Positions 37,298 through 50,060 of a DNA stretch of 64,000 nt are shown here, in pieces (the stretch's first letter is position 1; each line of letters opens with the position of its first letter). The notes below the pieces were generated by a model. The model did not search any database. It was not told the origin of the DNA and saw only the letters and a list, made by a program, of their open reading frames with translations. The stretch comes from Octopus vulgaris. Taxonomy: Eukaryota. Location of the stretch: positions 29,140,001 through 29,204,000 of the forward strand of contig OX597815.1 in NCBI GenBank assembly GCA_951406725.2, in the 5' to 3' direction. Made by a program: the position numbers and the translations under genes.

Positions 37298-39372
37298 ATT
37301 ACATGGCATTTGCTAACAGGAATTACAAAGTTTTACTTATTAGTTAGACAGATTTTCCCTATTAAAAATTCCTTACCTGTCTGTCTAACATGTAGAACTT
37401 TGTAATTCCTAATATCGAATGAAACATATGTAATGGTGAATAAATAATACCAAAATATTTCACATTTCCTGTTTGGCTTCGTTTTATACATACATAACAC
37501 ACAATCCAAATAAGGAAACAAAGAAAGAGTTTAGCACACATAAAAAGCACCATCCGAACGTGGCCAATGCCAGCGCCGCCTTGACTGGCTTGTGTCGGTG
37601 GCACGTAAAAAGCACCAACCGATCGTGGCCGATGCCAGCCTCCCCTGGCATCTGTGCCGGTGGCACGTAAAAAAGCACCCACTACACTCATGGAGTGGTT
37701 GGCGTTAGGAAGGGCATCCAGCTGTAGAAACACTGCCAGATCAGACTGCAGCCTGGTGCAGCCTCCTGGCTTCCCAGACCCCGGTCGAACTGTCCAACCC
37801 GTGCTAGCACGGAAAACAGACATTAAACAATGATGATGATGATGATGATGGTGGTGTTGACAGTTATAATAGTTTCTGTACCACTGTTTTTAACTCACTG
37901 CATGCAAAATTTCAATGTGAGAAGTTATGTAATAGTTGTACTTTTAAACACTAGTGGCGCTTCCTTGGACTTGCATCAAAGTGTGTATCCTAACAATGTG
38001 CATTGGCTAAATGCATTTTGTTTATAAAAAAAAGAACAAAGTAAAGATAACATTAGGAACCATGCTGTTGTTGTTAAGCAACAAGACGAGTAAGGGTGAT
38101 TAGGTGATGGTCTAGGGCTTAGGGGCAGGAGACCGCAGACCTTAGAAAAAAAAAAACTTTGGTCATCTTGTTGTAGTCAAGGGCTCTTTGTTGATGCCCT
38201 ACACCCCTGAGAGGTGGCCCTCATCATCATCATCATCGTTTAACGTCCGTTCTCCATGCTAGCATGGGTTGGACGGTTCGACCGGGGATCTGGGAAGCCA
38301 GAAGGCTACACCAGGCTCCGGTCTTATCTGGCAATGTTTCTACAGCTGGATGCCCTTCCTAACGCCAACCACTCCGTGAGTGTAGTGGGTGCTTTTTACG
38401 TGCCACCTGCACTGGTGCCAGGCAAGGCTGGCATTGGCCACGGTCGGATTGGTGCATTTTACGTGCCACCAGCACGGAAGCCAGTCGACGCGGCACTGGC
38501 TTCGACCACGAGTCGGATGGTGCTTTTTACGTGCCACCGACACGGAAGCCAGTCGAGGCGGCGCTGGCATCGGCCACGATTCGGATAGTGCTTTTTACGT
38601 ATCTCCAGTCCAGGGGTCCTGGCATCTGCCGGGTGCCAGTCATAGGATTGGTTCAATTTCGATTCCGATTTCGATTTCACTTGCATTTAGCCCCAAAGTC
38701 ACTGGAAATGGAGATCTCCAAGTCCAAATTCTTGGACGGCTAGGAACCATGCCATGGCAGGTTGAGAAGAACATTTGCTAAGACAATATTGGAATCCTAG
38801 GTCACCAGCAACAGGTTCTGGTATACCACCCCTCCCATTTCACCCACGTGTTTTACTGCATGTGTCGATTCATTACCTACTTTGTCCGTCCCCCATCACC
38901 AGACTCCATTTCTTATATGCACCCTTGTTGCACTATGCACTATGTTTGACGTTAGGAAGGGCATCCAGCCGTAGAAACATTGCCAGATCAGACTGGGCCT
39001 GGTGCAGTGGGTGATGGTGATGATGATGATGTGACCTTGTCTTTATCTGTTGCCAGCCCATCATTTCACAATTTTATTTTTATTTATACTTCTTGTTTCC
39101 TCTTGATATAAATAAAATATAATGCTTGGCAGACACACATTCGAAGAGCACAACTTTTGATACAAGTCCAAACAGGTGCCACTCAAATGTTTAAAACCAC
39201 AAATATTGCATAACTTCTAATATTGAACTTTTGCACAAAATTGGCATTAAAAACAGAGTGCTACAGAAACAATTGTAACTGATCATTAAAGATGTGCTAA
39301 ACTCTTCCTTTGTTTTCTCATTTGGATTATATTTTATTCTTCGTAAGACCCTCACAATAGTTTTATCAACAT

Positions 39373-39776
39373 GGAGTGGCTGTGTGGTAAGTAGCTTGCT
39401 AACCAACCACATGGTTCCGGGTTCAGTCCCACTGCGTGGCATCTTGGGCAAGTGTCTTCTGCTATAGCCCCGGGCCGACCAATGCCTTGTGAGTGGATTT
39501 GGTAGACGAAAACTGAAAGAAGCCTGTCGTATATATGTATATATATATATATATGCATGTGTGTGTATGTGTTTGTGTGTCTGTCCCCCTAGCATTGCTT
39601 GACAACCAATGCTGGTGTGTTTATGTCCCCGTCACTTAGCGGTTCGGCAAAAGAGACCGATAGAATAAATACTAGGCTTACAAAGAATAAGTCCCGGGGT
39701 CGATTTGCTCGACTAAAGGCGGTGCTCCAGCATGGCCGCAGTCAAAATGACTGAAACAAGTAAAAGAGTAAAGAGT
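39373..39776 (+). mobile_element. SINE family A
   Basis: Matches other copies. Confidence 0.85.
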
Positions 39777-40774
39777 ATGGTTCCTGGATTTTCTACACTT
39801 GGAGAATTTCAAACTTACTTAAGACCACAATTCAAGAGTATAGGTAATCTCAGGTTTGTCTTGAGTGCTGCATTGGAAGTGCCCCTATTTTTCTACCCTT
39901 TCGTGAAGGCACATGGCTTAGTGGTTAGGGCATTCGGTTCATGATCGTAAGGTCATGAGTTCAATTACCAGTGACACACTGTGTCCTAGAGCAAGACACT
40001 TTATTTCACGTTGCTCCAGTCCACTCAGCTAACCAAAATGAGTTGTACCTGTATTTCAAAGGGCCAGCCTTGTCGCATTCTGTGTCACGCTGAATCTCCC
40101 TGAGAACTGCGTTAAGGGTACACGTGTCTGTGGAGTGCTCAGCCACTTGCACGCTAATTTTACGAGCAAGCTGTTCCGTTGACTGTATCATCTGGGACCC
40201 TCATCGTTATAACTGAAGGAGTGCTCTATATATATATATCAATAATAATTGTGATTGTTTCTTATTAGGAACGATAGGGTTAATAGGACTGCAAGAAAAG
40301 TGCTCAAGTAAATGAGACGAGTATAACAAACTTTGGTTGTAGAACAAACAACAAATTCAAGGTCATCCACCTAACATATCACATCTCGAACATTTAATCA
40401 CATAATGCTTTTTCTTATACATAGAATACAGATGCATAAAATCACAGAAGATGAAACAATAATTCATTAGGCAAGCATATAAAAAAAAGTGTGTGAGTAC
40501 AGTCTATCGCAATTAAAAATTAATACTTCAGCGACTAAACAATTTTTTTTTTAACATTATAACATCTAGAATAATAAATATATAAAAATATAAAAATATA
40601 TAAATATATAAAAATATGTATATATAGGAAACATATAAATATATAATATATAAGGTAAGATAAAAGTTCATCGATTAAGAATTTTTTCGATTAAAATTTA
40701 CGTTTTAAGATAAGGGGAAAACCTATTAAGAAAAGTCAGTGTCCAAGCAAAAAAGAAAAAGCCATATTTACAGT

Positions 40775-40805
40775 CCCTATGGCCATTTCAGGGGTTCATC
40801 AGGGT
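40775..40805 (-). ncRNA. Ultra-minimal hammerhead-like motif
   Basis: CC-CUGAUGA-A(CCCC)U-GAAA-UGGCCA-UA-GG; palindromic stem III but almost no stem II. Confidence 0.4.
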
Positions 40806-41467
40806 ATTTAATGCACGAGGGTGCATTACAATAATGACTCCTTCGTCAGGGGAAAATAATAAAACATCACATACCAAGGCGAGACTTCTTTAAAAAAACT
40901 ATATATATAGGTAATGTTTGTCGCCGCTTCAATGTGGCTGTTCCATACAAACTGACACTACTAATATTTTTTAACCCCAAGAGGACGATTCCTCCAGCTG
41001 GTTATTGATGCAATCTGCACCTGCTATATATTGCAAGCAAACCCCTACCATCTAGCGTGTGCATGTTTGTCTGTGTTTGTCCCCCCATCACCACTTGGCA
41101 ACTGGTGTCGATGTGTTTATATCCCAGTAACTTAGCAGTTTGACAAAATTGACTGACAGAATAAGTCTTAAAAAAAAATCCTGTGGTCAATTTGACTAAA
41201 CCCTGCAAGGCAGTGCATCAGCATGGCTGCAGTCAAATGACTGCAACAACTAAAACAATGAAAGGATATAAGAGGTTTGCTTCCTGACCGTGTGGTTTCG
41301 GAGTCATGGCACTGGGCAAGTGCCTTCTACTGTAACCCAGGATCAACCAAAGCTCTGTGAGTGAATTTGGTAAAAACTGAAACAAAATGAAAGCCATTTT
41401 TTCATGTGTGTGTGTGTGTGCGCGCGTGCATGTATGTGTGTGTGAGATTTTATATTTCCATTTTATC

Positions 41468-41880
41468 TACTCTTTTACTCTTTACTCTTTTACTTGTTTC
41501 AGTCATTTGTGGCCATGCTGGAGCACCGCCTTTAGTCAACCAAATCGACCCCAGGACTTATTCTTTGTAAGCCTAGTACTTATTCTATCGGTCTTCTCTT
41601 TTGCCGAACCGCTAAGTTGCAGGGACGTAAACACACAAGCATCGGTTGTCAAGCGATGTTGGGGGACAAACACAGACACACAAACATACACGCACATATA
41701 TATATATACATATATACGACGGGCTTCTTTCAGTTCCCGTCAACCATATCCACTCACAAGGTTTTGGTTGGCCTGAGGCTATAGTAGAAGACACTTGCCC
41801 AAGGTGCCACGCAATGGGACTGAACCCGGAACCATGTGGTTGGTAAGCAAGCTACTTACCACACAGCCACTTCAGCGCCT
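41468..41880 (-). mobile_element. SINE family A
   Basis: Reverse complement of other copies; a + copy follows at about 42377-42658. Confidence 0.85.
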
Positions 41881-42790
41881 ACACATGCACTTTGCTCATT
41901 GATTGTTAACAATGGCTTTGCTAACAATATCATTTGCTTGCCATGCACTGTGAAACCCCATCAGACATTTTGGGACGTCTTGGCGTGTTACACAAAGTTT
42001 GTAAATAAAACACTCATGCCAGTGTTATTTGTTTCCAGTTCAAATAAATATGTCCAGGCTGTTTGTTGTTTGATAGACTGGGAGACTGTTACATCACTTG
42101 GAGACAAGTGGGGGTTGGTGACAAGAAAGGTATCTAGCTGTAAAAAATGTTGACCCAACTTACTATCATCTGACCCATGCAAGCACGGAAAAGCAGCAGT
42201 TATCCCTTAACCCTTTTAGCATTTAATCCGGCCATAACCGGCCCAAATATTCCACCTGTTTTATGTTAAAACTGTCTGGATCCAATCTCTCACACCTACC
42301 CTACAATGTCATTTTAAAAATATATAGCCACACCATTTAAATTTTGAGGTTGCAAAATAATATGTGATTAATTCCTGTGTGGTAAGTAGCTTGCTAACCA
42401 ACCACATGGTTCCGCGTTCAGTCCCACTGCATGGCATCTTGGGCAAGTGTCTTCTGCTATAGCCCCGGGCCGACCAAAGCCTTGTGAGTGGATTTGGTAG
42501 ACAGAAACTGAAAGAAGCCCGTCGTATATATGTATATGTATATATATGCGTGTGTGTGTTTGTGTGTCTGTGTTTGTCTCCTTAGCATTGCTTGACAACT
42601 GATGCTGGTGTGTTTACGTCCCCGTCACTTAGCGGTTCGGCAAAAAGAGACCGATAGAGTGAGAGACAGAGATAACATGTGGTTTGGTAGGCTATAAGAG
42701 TGGGAGTGAGGCAGGTGTAGTGCTTGAGGAGAGCTAAATTAGTGGTTCAGTGTGGGGAAGGAGGAGGGGGATGGGAGAAGGGATGATCTT

Positions 42791-42838
<48 letters not shown>

Positions 42839-43012
42839 ATTAATATCAAGATTAATCAGCCGAAATTGCTACGATGATCCAGTTCTTGACTGAAGATTGA
42901 AGGCTTCGAATGTCCCGTCCGTGTTTTTTGTATCATCTTCTTAATGTTTTACGTTCTTGTCCCAGTTTGTATTTTTCTACATATAATAATTATATATATA
43001 TATATATATATA

Positions 43013-44192
43013 CTTGCCGAGATACACGGTATTGCCAGTGTTACATGCAATTGAAGAATTAGACATTTCTGTTATATTTTCTCTAATCAACTAGAATACC
43101 TATGATTCAAATTTCATCAAAATTGCATTTGAGGGTTCTTTCCCTCTTTACCACACCCTAAATAAATGCTAATCATGACACATGTATCCCATACTACTGA
43201 TCTTTATGCGCAGATTCCAAAATTCCAGTTTTATAGAACCTGTTAAAAGGATTTTGTTCCTGAAAAATGGAGGTCATTGAAATCAATGTTACCATTGGGG
43301 GACTATGTGTGACCCAGTGATAATAAAAGTACTCAAAGGAGGTCTGCAACCAAATAACTTTACTCAACATTTTGCAACTGAATCAGTGGAGGCAAAGATG
43401 CCTCTCATTTACTTGACAATTTATGCACCACATTGCAGAAATCACAAAGCAAACTCTTACACTGTTGTACCATTGAATTATAAATAATGCTCATCTTTTA
43501 TGCTTGGGTGACCCTACAGCTTCCAAGAGTACAACAGTATTCATCTTTGCTTAGATAAAATGACTAAATTGTGGGTGTTATGTCCCCATGAAGGGGTCTT
43601 TCTAATTTGTAAGATGAAATTTTATAAATATTACTTCATTTGTGTCTAATATCTATGGTTAAAATTTCATCAACAGCAAAAATATATGAATTTTCATGGG
43701 GGTTATAGCCCTTATGCATAGAATATAATTTCCAAATTTCATAAAGATCCTTTCAGTACTTTTGACCTAGTTTTGGATCATAAAAAACTGACTAAAATTT
43801 GAGAGTTAAGGCCCCCATTATGGTATCTTAGAATCCTCATAAGAAGTGGAAACTTTGAGAATACTTCTTGATGTGTGTCAATTACCCATGGTTGAAATTT
43901 CATCAACATTGAAAATTTATGAATTTTCATGGGGTTCTGCCCCCTTTAAGCCATCTAAAATTCAAACCAAACATATTGTATTATACCTGCCTTTATGCAT
44001 TGAATCTAAGTTCCAAATATCATAAGGATCCACTCAGTAATTTTGGTCCATGAAATTGTATGAAGCACACAGCATTACCCTTCTCCCTGGGCTTGGATTT
44101 TGTGTCCCAAATTTCATAGGATCGGTGCAGTAGTTTTCGAATGTATAAGTAATACACGAACACACATACAGACATTGACTTATATAAAATAG
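43013..44192 (-). mobile_element. Degenerate Helitron-like non-autonomous element
   Basis: Internal repeats (aaatttcatcaa, ccaaatttcata); tatata/cagaca 5' end; degenerate 3' hairpin. Confidence 0.4.
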
Positions 44193-44237
44193 CTATGAAT
44201 ATGCACATGTACATACATGTATATATGTGTGTGTGTG

Positions 44238-44274
<37 letters not shown>

Positions 44275-45630
44275 AAAAAGATAGATTGATAGATACAACT
44301 GAGTGGGCAAACAAAAATATGAGACACAGCCTAGTGGGGGTTTTTTTTTATGTTGATAAGCCTGGTACTTATTCTATTAGTTTCTTCTTGTGAAACCAGT
44401 AAGTTATGGGGATGTAAATAAACGAACAGCAGTTGTGAAGCAAGGGCGAAACACAGAGACAAAGACACACACATACACTTACATATATATATACACGATT
44501 GATTTCTTTCAGTTTCTGTCTACGAAATCCACTCAAAAGGCTTTGGTTGGTCTGAGGCTATAGCAGAAGACACATGCCAAGTCACCACACAGTGGGACTG
44601 AACCCAGGACCATGTGTTTTGGAACCAGGTTTCTTACCACAAAACCACACCTGCACCTGTGTGTGTGTGTGTGTATGTATGCATGTATATAAGTGTATAT
44701 ATGTGTACATATTACATGTACCTCTATATTTATATATACATCTACAAATATACATGTATACATACACATCTATATATATATATACACATGTATACATATA
44801 CATGTATATACATACAAGTACATATATATACATGTATATATATACAAGTATATATATATACATGTATATATATATATATATACATCTATATATATATATA
44901 CATTTGTGCAGATGTATACATATATATATATATATCACGTGATCCCGTGACCGATCAGGCTATCAGATGTTGCTACACATCACTGGTCACAATGCGCTTC
45001 GCATTGTTTTAGCCTTCAAATGACGCCACCCCGCTGGCTAAGCGAGCAGGCCAACAAAAGAAGGAGTGAGAGAAGGTTGTGGCAAAAGAGTACAGCAGGG
45101 ATCGCCACCACTCCCCATCCGGAGCCTCATGGAGCTTTAGGTATTTTCGCTCAATAAACACTCACAATGCCCGGTCTGGGAATCGAAACCGCGATCCCAC
45201 GACCGCGAGTCTGCTACCATCACCACTGGGCCATTGCGCCTCCACATATATATATATACATTATATATGTATGTATATATGTATCTATGCCTGTATATAT
45301 GTGAGATAATGGTTTCACTTTAATAGTTTCAGTATTAAAGTGAAACTATTAAAGTGAAAATATCTGACATTACAATAGAGAGATGTTATTGTTTCACTTT
45401 TGACACGTAATACTGAAATAGTGGAGAAGATATGATATTGCTCTGGGTTTGCACTAGGCAAGAAGTTAAAAATTTTTTATGGCCCATGACACTACATAGG
45501 CATGAGTAAAATTTGAATGAAATTGGTTGTGTAGTTCTCAAGTTTTAGGGAAACACACAGACAGACAGACACATACACACACATTCTCAGTTTTATATAT
45601 ATAAAGTTATATATAAATATATAAATATAC

Positions 45631-45862
45631 ACAATTGCAGCATGGAAGGTGTTTATAAGCCATTTAAAAACACACAAAAACCATTAGATTCACTTCAACA
45701 TTTAAATTTAATTTGTCAAAATATTTTTCTTGCTTTGAAACCACAACCTGTTCACTGACAAAATTCCGTCTTTTTAAATGGCTTATAAACACCTTCCACA
45801 CTGCAATTGTTTTTGTTTCAGCACACGATCTCAGATAAGGTCACTTACTATGCAAGTACATA
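45631..45862. mobile_element. Third, internally deleted copy of the fold-back family
   Basis: caattgcagc..ggaaggtgtttataagcc arms plus gcaagtaca tail abutting (TA)n. Confidence 0.8.
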
Positions 45863-45901
<39 letters not shown>

Positions 45902-46142
45902 TTAATCATATCAAAGGAAATGGAAATTAATTAAAATTTTCATTTCCAGTGGCCTAACGTAAAAATTTAGTCCAAAGACTATATATTAGTCATAACATAC
46001 AGTGTACATTCAAACACATAAGGAATCCACTCGTGGAATTCAACACACTAGAAAGAACTGCTAGATTCTATAACCACAAAAATTAGGGATAAAATTTGAC
46101 AGGAACAAGATGAAAAAATAAAAACATTTTACCATCAAATTT

Positions 46143-46219
46143 CCTAGACCAATTGGTTTCTGATTTTAGTTTAGCAAGTAAATAACATTTACCTACGAGG
46201 TGAAATCGTCTTCAACAGG
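46143..46219 (-). ncRNA. Hammerhead-like motif with UUGAAGA core and long stem II
   Basis: CCUG-UUGAAGA-c GAUUU...AAAUC a-GAAA-CCAAUUGG-UC-UAGG (CAGG in the mirror arm). Confidence 0.5.
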
Positions 46220-46261
46220 TACACCTTGGATTAAATATATTTATATGTTTATATATTTATG

Positions 46262-46573
46262 TGGAGGCGCAATGGCCCAGTGGTTAGGGCAGCGGACTCG
46301 CGGTTGTAGGATCGCGGTTTCGATTCCCAGACCGGGTGTTGTGAGTGTTTATTGAGTGAAAACACCTAAAGCTCCACGCGGCTCCGGCAGGGGGTGGTGG
46401 CGATCCCTGCTGTACTCTTTCGCCACAACTTTCTCTCATTCTTTCTTCTGTTGGCCTGCTCGCTTAGCCAGCGGGGTGGCGTCATTCGAAGGCTAAAACA
46501 ATGCGAAACGCATTGTGACCAGCAATGTGTAGCAGCATCTGATAGCCTGGTCGGTCACAGTGATCACGGTGAT
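46262..46573 (+). mobile_element. tRNA-derived SINE family B
   Basis: ggaggcgcaatggcccagtggttaggg…ggtttcgattccc head, gtgatcacggtgata tail; copies at 44935-45245 (-), 4663-4781 (-, 3' part), 21810-22115 (+, different tail). Confidence 0.85.
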
Positions 46574-47262
46574 ATTTATATGTTTGTATATTTAACCCAA
46601 GGTGAAGACGATTTCATCTCGCGAGTAAATGTTATTTACTTGCTAAACTAAAATCAGAAACCAATTGGTCCAGGGAACTTGATGGTAAAATGTTTTTATT
46701 TTTTCATTTCGTTCCTGTCGAATTTTATTCCTAATTTTTGTGGTTATAGAATCTAGCAGTTCTTTCTAGCGTGTTGAATCCCACAAGTGGATTCTTCATG
46801 TGTTTAAATGTACACTATGTTACATATATATATATCACAGATATAGGGTGAAATATAATTAATCTAATAAAATCAACAAATTTCACCTAGTAGTATTTCA
46901 ATATGGAAAAGGACCATATTCGGTAAAAATTCATATAATTATAATAATAAGGGTTTTTTGCAACAAGTTGCTAAAACCACATACTGAAAATATTAGAAAC
47001 AGCAGCCAAAAGACTACTATTTCTTTTACTACAAAAATAAGTCTCCACAGACAACAATAGTTGTAACTCACATATGGCAAAAAAAGAAGAAAAACAATGA
47101 AATCACGCAGTCTTTCGAAAACTGTGTGATTTCATTGTTTTTCTTCTTGATGGCAATATTCATTTACAGCTACTGCTCAATGTCAAAACAAAGAGACCCA
47201 CCCAGACACACATGCATATGCACAACTCATGCACCTGCACCCCTTCCTTGCACAATTACATA

Positions 47263-47707
47263 CAAGGGGGTGCTGAAAAGTTCCTAGCTTTGGGTAAAAG
47301 AAAATACTCGAGGATCAGTTAATTATGCTTTTATTGAACATATTCTCCTCTCAGATTCACACACTTATTGCAATGAACCTTCAGTTTTTCTAAGCCCTAT
47401 AAAAGAACTCAGAAGGTTAGGCCCCCAATCAGGCCTTTCAAGATACCCTTAAAAGTAGGAACTTTTCAGCAACCCCTCATTTGTATATATATATAAGGGG
47501 ATTGCTGAATAGTTCCTGACTTTGGATAAAAGAAAATATAAGAGGATCAGTTAACTATGGTTTTATTCAACATATTCCCCTCACAGATTCACACTTATTA
47601 CAGTGATCCTACAGTTTTTGTAAGCCCTGTAAAAGAACTTGGAAAGTTGGGACTCCAATCAGGCCTTTCACAATACCCTCAAACCCAGGAGTTTTTCAGT
47701 TCTCCTC
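47263..47707. mobile_element. Two tandem mariner-like MITEs (about 215 bp each)
   Basis: TIRs aggggtgctgaaaagttcct / aggaacttttcagcaacccct; second copy starts near 47495. Confidence 0.7.
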
Positions 47708-47798
47708 ACACACACATACACAACAAACTTCTTTCCATTTCCATCAACCAAATCCATTCACAAGGTTATGTTAAGCCTAGGGCTATTGTAGAAGATAC

Positions 47799-48032
47799 AA
47801 TAAGGCGGCGAGCTGGCAGAATCGTTAGCACGCTGGACGAAATGCTTAGCGGTATTTCGTCAGCTGTTACGTTCTGAGTTCAAATTCCGCCAAGGTCGAC
47901 TTTGCCTTTCATCCTTTTCGGGTCAATTAAATAAGTACCAGTTACACACTGGGTCGAGATAATCGACTTAATCCGTTTGTCTGTCCTTGTTTGTCCTCTC
48001 TATGTTTAGCTCCTTATGGGCAATAGAGAAAT
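47799..48032 (+). mobile_element. SINE family D with a 15-bp TSD, nested in an older family A copy
   Basis: TATTGTAGAAGATAC at 47784-47798 and 48033-48047; relatives at about 6366-6503, 10965-11145, 14105-14270, 19280-19480, 34085-34230, 35085-35260. Confidence 0.85.
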
Positions 48033-48521
48033 TATTGTAGAAGATACCCAAGGTGCCACACAGTGGGACTGAACCTGAAACCATGTGTTTGGGAAGCAAC
48101 CTTTTCAATCACACAACCATACTTATGAGTCTATTTCGTCTCCTCCTTAATAACCAGTGAGGAGTGGCAACGAAAAATTCCACTAATATTTGCCAAAGGT
48201 GTGGTAGGGCTGGCATTTCCATTTTGAGAATCATTTCCCTATACCAAATTAGGAAAAGAGATTCTTACAAAATCCAGCAACCAACAAACGAAAAAAGGAA
48301 ATAGCAGATAAACAAAAACTGGCCTATATACACAAACAAACAAACAAACAAACAAACACCTGCACATGCACTAATACCCTGAGTTACCTCATGGTGACAA
48401 TCATAAGGATTGTTCACACTTGACATTTTTCTCATACTGTGATTCATAAGAATTTTATATCCACTTATTTATTCAAAGAAATATGGGTTTAAAATGAAAG
48501 TGAAATATTTTGATAACTTAC

Positions 48522-48651
48522 CTCTTCAACATACTGTTAGAAATAAAAGTTGGAGAAAGAATATGAACCATCCAGCCTATCTTGTCAACAGAATCAGTTG
48601 TCATTTTTCCCAGAATACTCTCTCTCTTTTCTTCGGTTAAGGTTTTTGAAT
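48522..48651 (-). CDS. RNASEH2A: RNase H2 subunit A, exon 3 (130 bp)
   Basis: ttcag|ATTCAAAA...GAAGAG|gtaag; (D)SKTLTEEKRESILGKMTTDSVDKIGWMVHILSPTFISNSMLK(R); contains the DSK motif. Confidence 0.95.
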
Positions 48652-49439
48652 CTGAAAACAGCAAAACGGGTAAAGATTTCAAAATAGAGACAAAATTGCA
48701 TAATTTTTCAATGATTATAGTAAATTATAAGGATGTGTGTGTATATGAGAGAGAGAGAGAGAGAGAGAATGAGTGGGGAGAGAGAAGATGCATGGCCTAG
48801 TGATTATGGTAGTGTATTTATGATTGCAAGATTGTGGTTTCAATTTCCAGACAGGCAGTGCACTGTGATCTTGAGCAAAACGCCATGTAAAAAGCACCAT
48901 TCGATTGTGGCCGTTGCTAGCCTCGTCTGGCTTCCGTGCCGGTGGCACGTAAAAAGCACCATCCGATCGTGGCTGTTGCCAGCCTTGTCTGGCATCTGTG
49001 CCGGTGGCACATAAAAGGCACCCACTACACTCACGGAGTGGTTGGCATTTGGAAGGGCATCCAACTATAAAAACACTGCCAGATCAGACTGGGCCTGGCG
49101 CAGCCTTCTGGCTTCCCAGACCCCAGTTGAACCGTCCAACCCATGCTAGCATGGAAAGCGGACATTAAACGATGATGATGATGATGAATGCCCAAGACCA
49201 CTCAGCTGTAAATGAGTAACCTCGAAATGGAATGGCCTTCTATTCAGGGAAAATGTTGACCTGCCAGCCGAGCAGCAGGGTGGCATCATTTGAAAGTTAC
49301 AACAATGCAAGGAAGTGTATTGAGAACATCAGTGTGTAACAACAACCAATAGTCTGGTTGATACTCCATAACAGTGTGCCCAGTGGAAGCTATGGACACA
49401 TAAGATGTCCAGTGTCGTCACGGAAAGGTTAACAGAGAA

Positions 49440-50060
49440 AGTTGTCATTTTGAGTTGCAGATGTGCAGGTACAATAAGCACTAAGAATGAAAGTATTAGC
49501 TTCCATTGCCTAGGTGACCAAGTTAACAGTGGAGGAGTTCTGAAAGCATAGTTGCAAGAATAAAAACAGTTCAGAGAGCTACTACCTTTGTTGGTAACAA
49601 AGGGTCAAAGGGCCTTACCCTAAGAGTGAAAAGCAGACTGTATGATGCCTGTGTACATGTAGCTATGCGACATGGCATGCAGTGAAACATAGACTATGAG
49701 TATAGAGGACATGCAAAGGCTTGAAAGAAATGAAGCCAGCTTGCTCTGCTTGATGGGTAATGTCAGATATGCAGGTACAACCGAGTGTAAATGATTGAAG
49801 AGAAAAATTGGGCATAAGAGGCATCAGTTATAGTGTGCAAGAGAGAAGACTACACAGGTATGGTCTTGTGATGCATATGGATGAGGACAGCTGCATAAAG
49901 AAGTGCTGATCTCTAATTGAGGAGGGAACATGTGGAAGGGGTAGACCTAGAAAAACATGGGACGAAGTAGTGAGAAAGGATCTTCAGATGTTGGGCCTCA
50001 CAGAGGATATGGATTGTGACTTCTGGTGGTTTGCTGTGCTTGAGAAGATATGTCACTTTA
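49440..50060 (+). mobile_element. RTE-clade LINE 3' fragment, degenerate
   Basis: FRELLPLL, VKSRLYDACV, RLERNEAS, VQERRL, GRGRPRKTWDEVVRKDL in broken frames; an antisense fragment lies at about 61740-62010. Confidence 0.75.

Larger units (their letters stand above)
45993..46822. repeat. Large inverted repeat (arms about 250 bp) with a SINE in its centre
   Basis: 45993-46255 is the reverse complement of about 46575-46822. Confidence 0.85.

Noticed and set aside
44533-45012. Long Y/I/H/T/C/V-rich ORFs here and elsewhere in the ORF track
   Set aside because: Translations of TA/CA/GA microsatellites or SINE bodies.
46262-46335. tRNA gene
   Set aside because: The tRNA-like head runs into a repeated SINE body; the same applies to the heads at 9371, 12070 and 21810.
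47084-47148. 65-bp hairpin
   Set aside because: Real but short, with no ribozyme core or TSD; probably another fold-back remnant.
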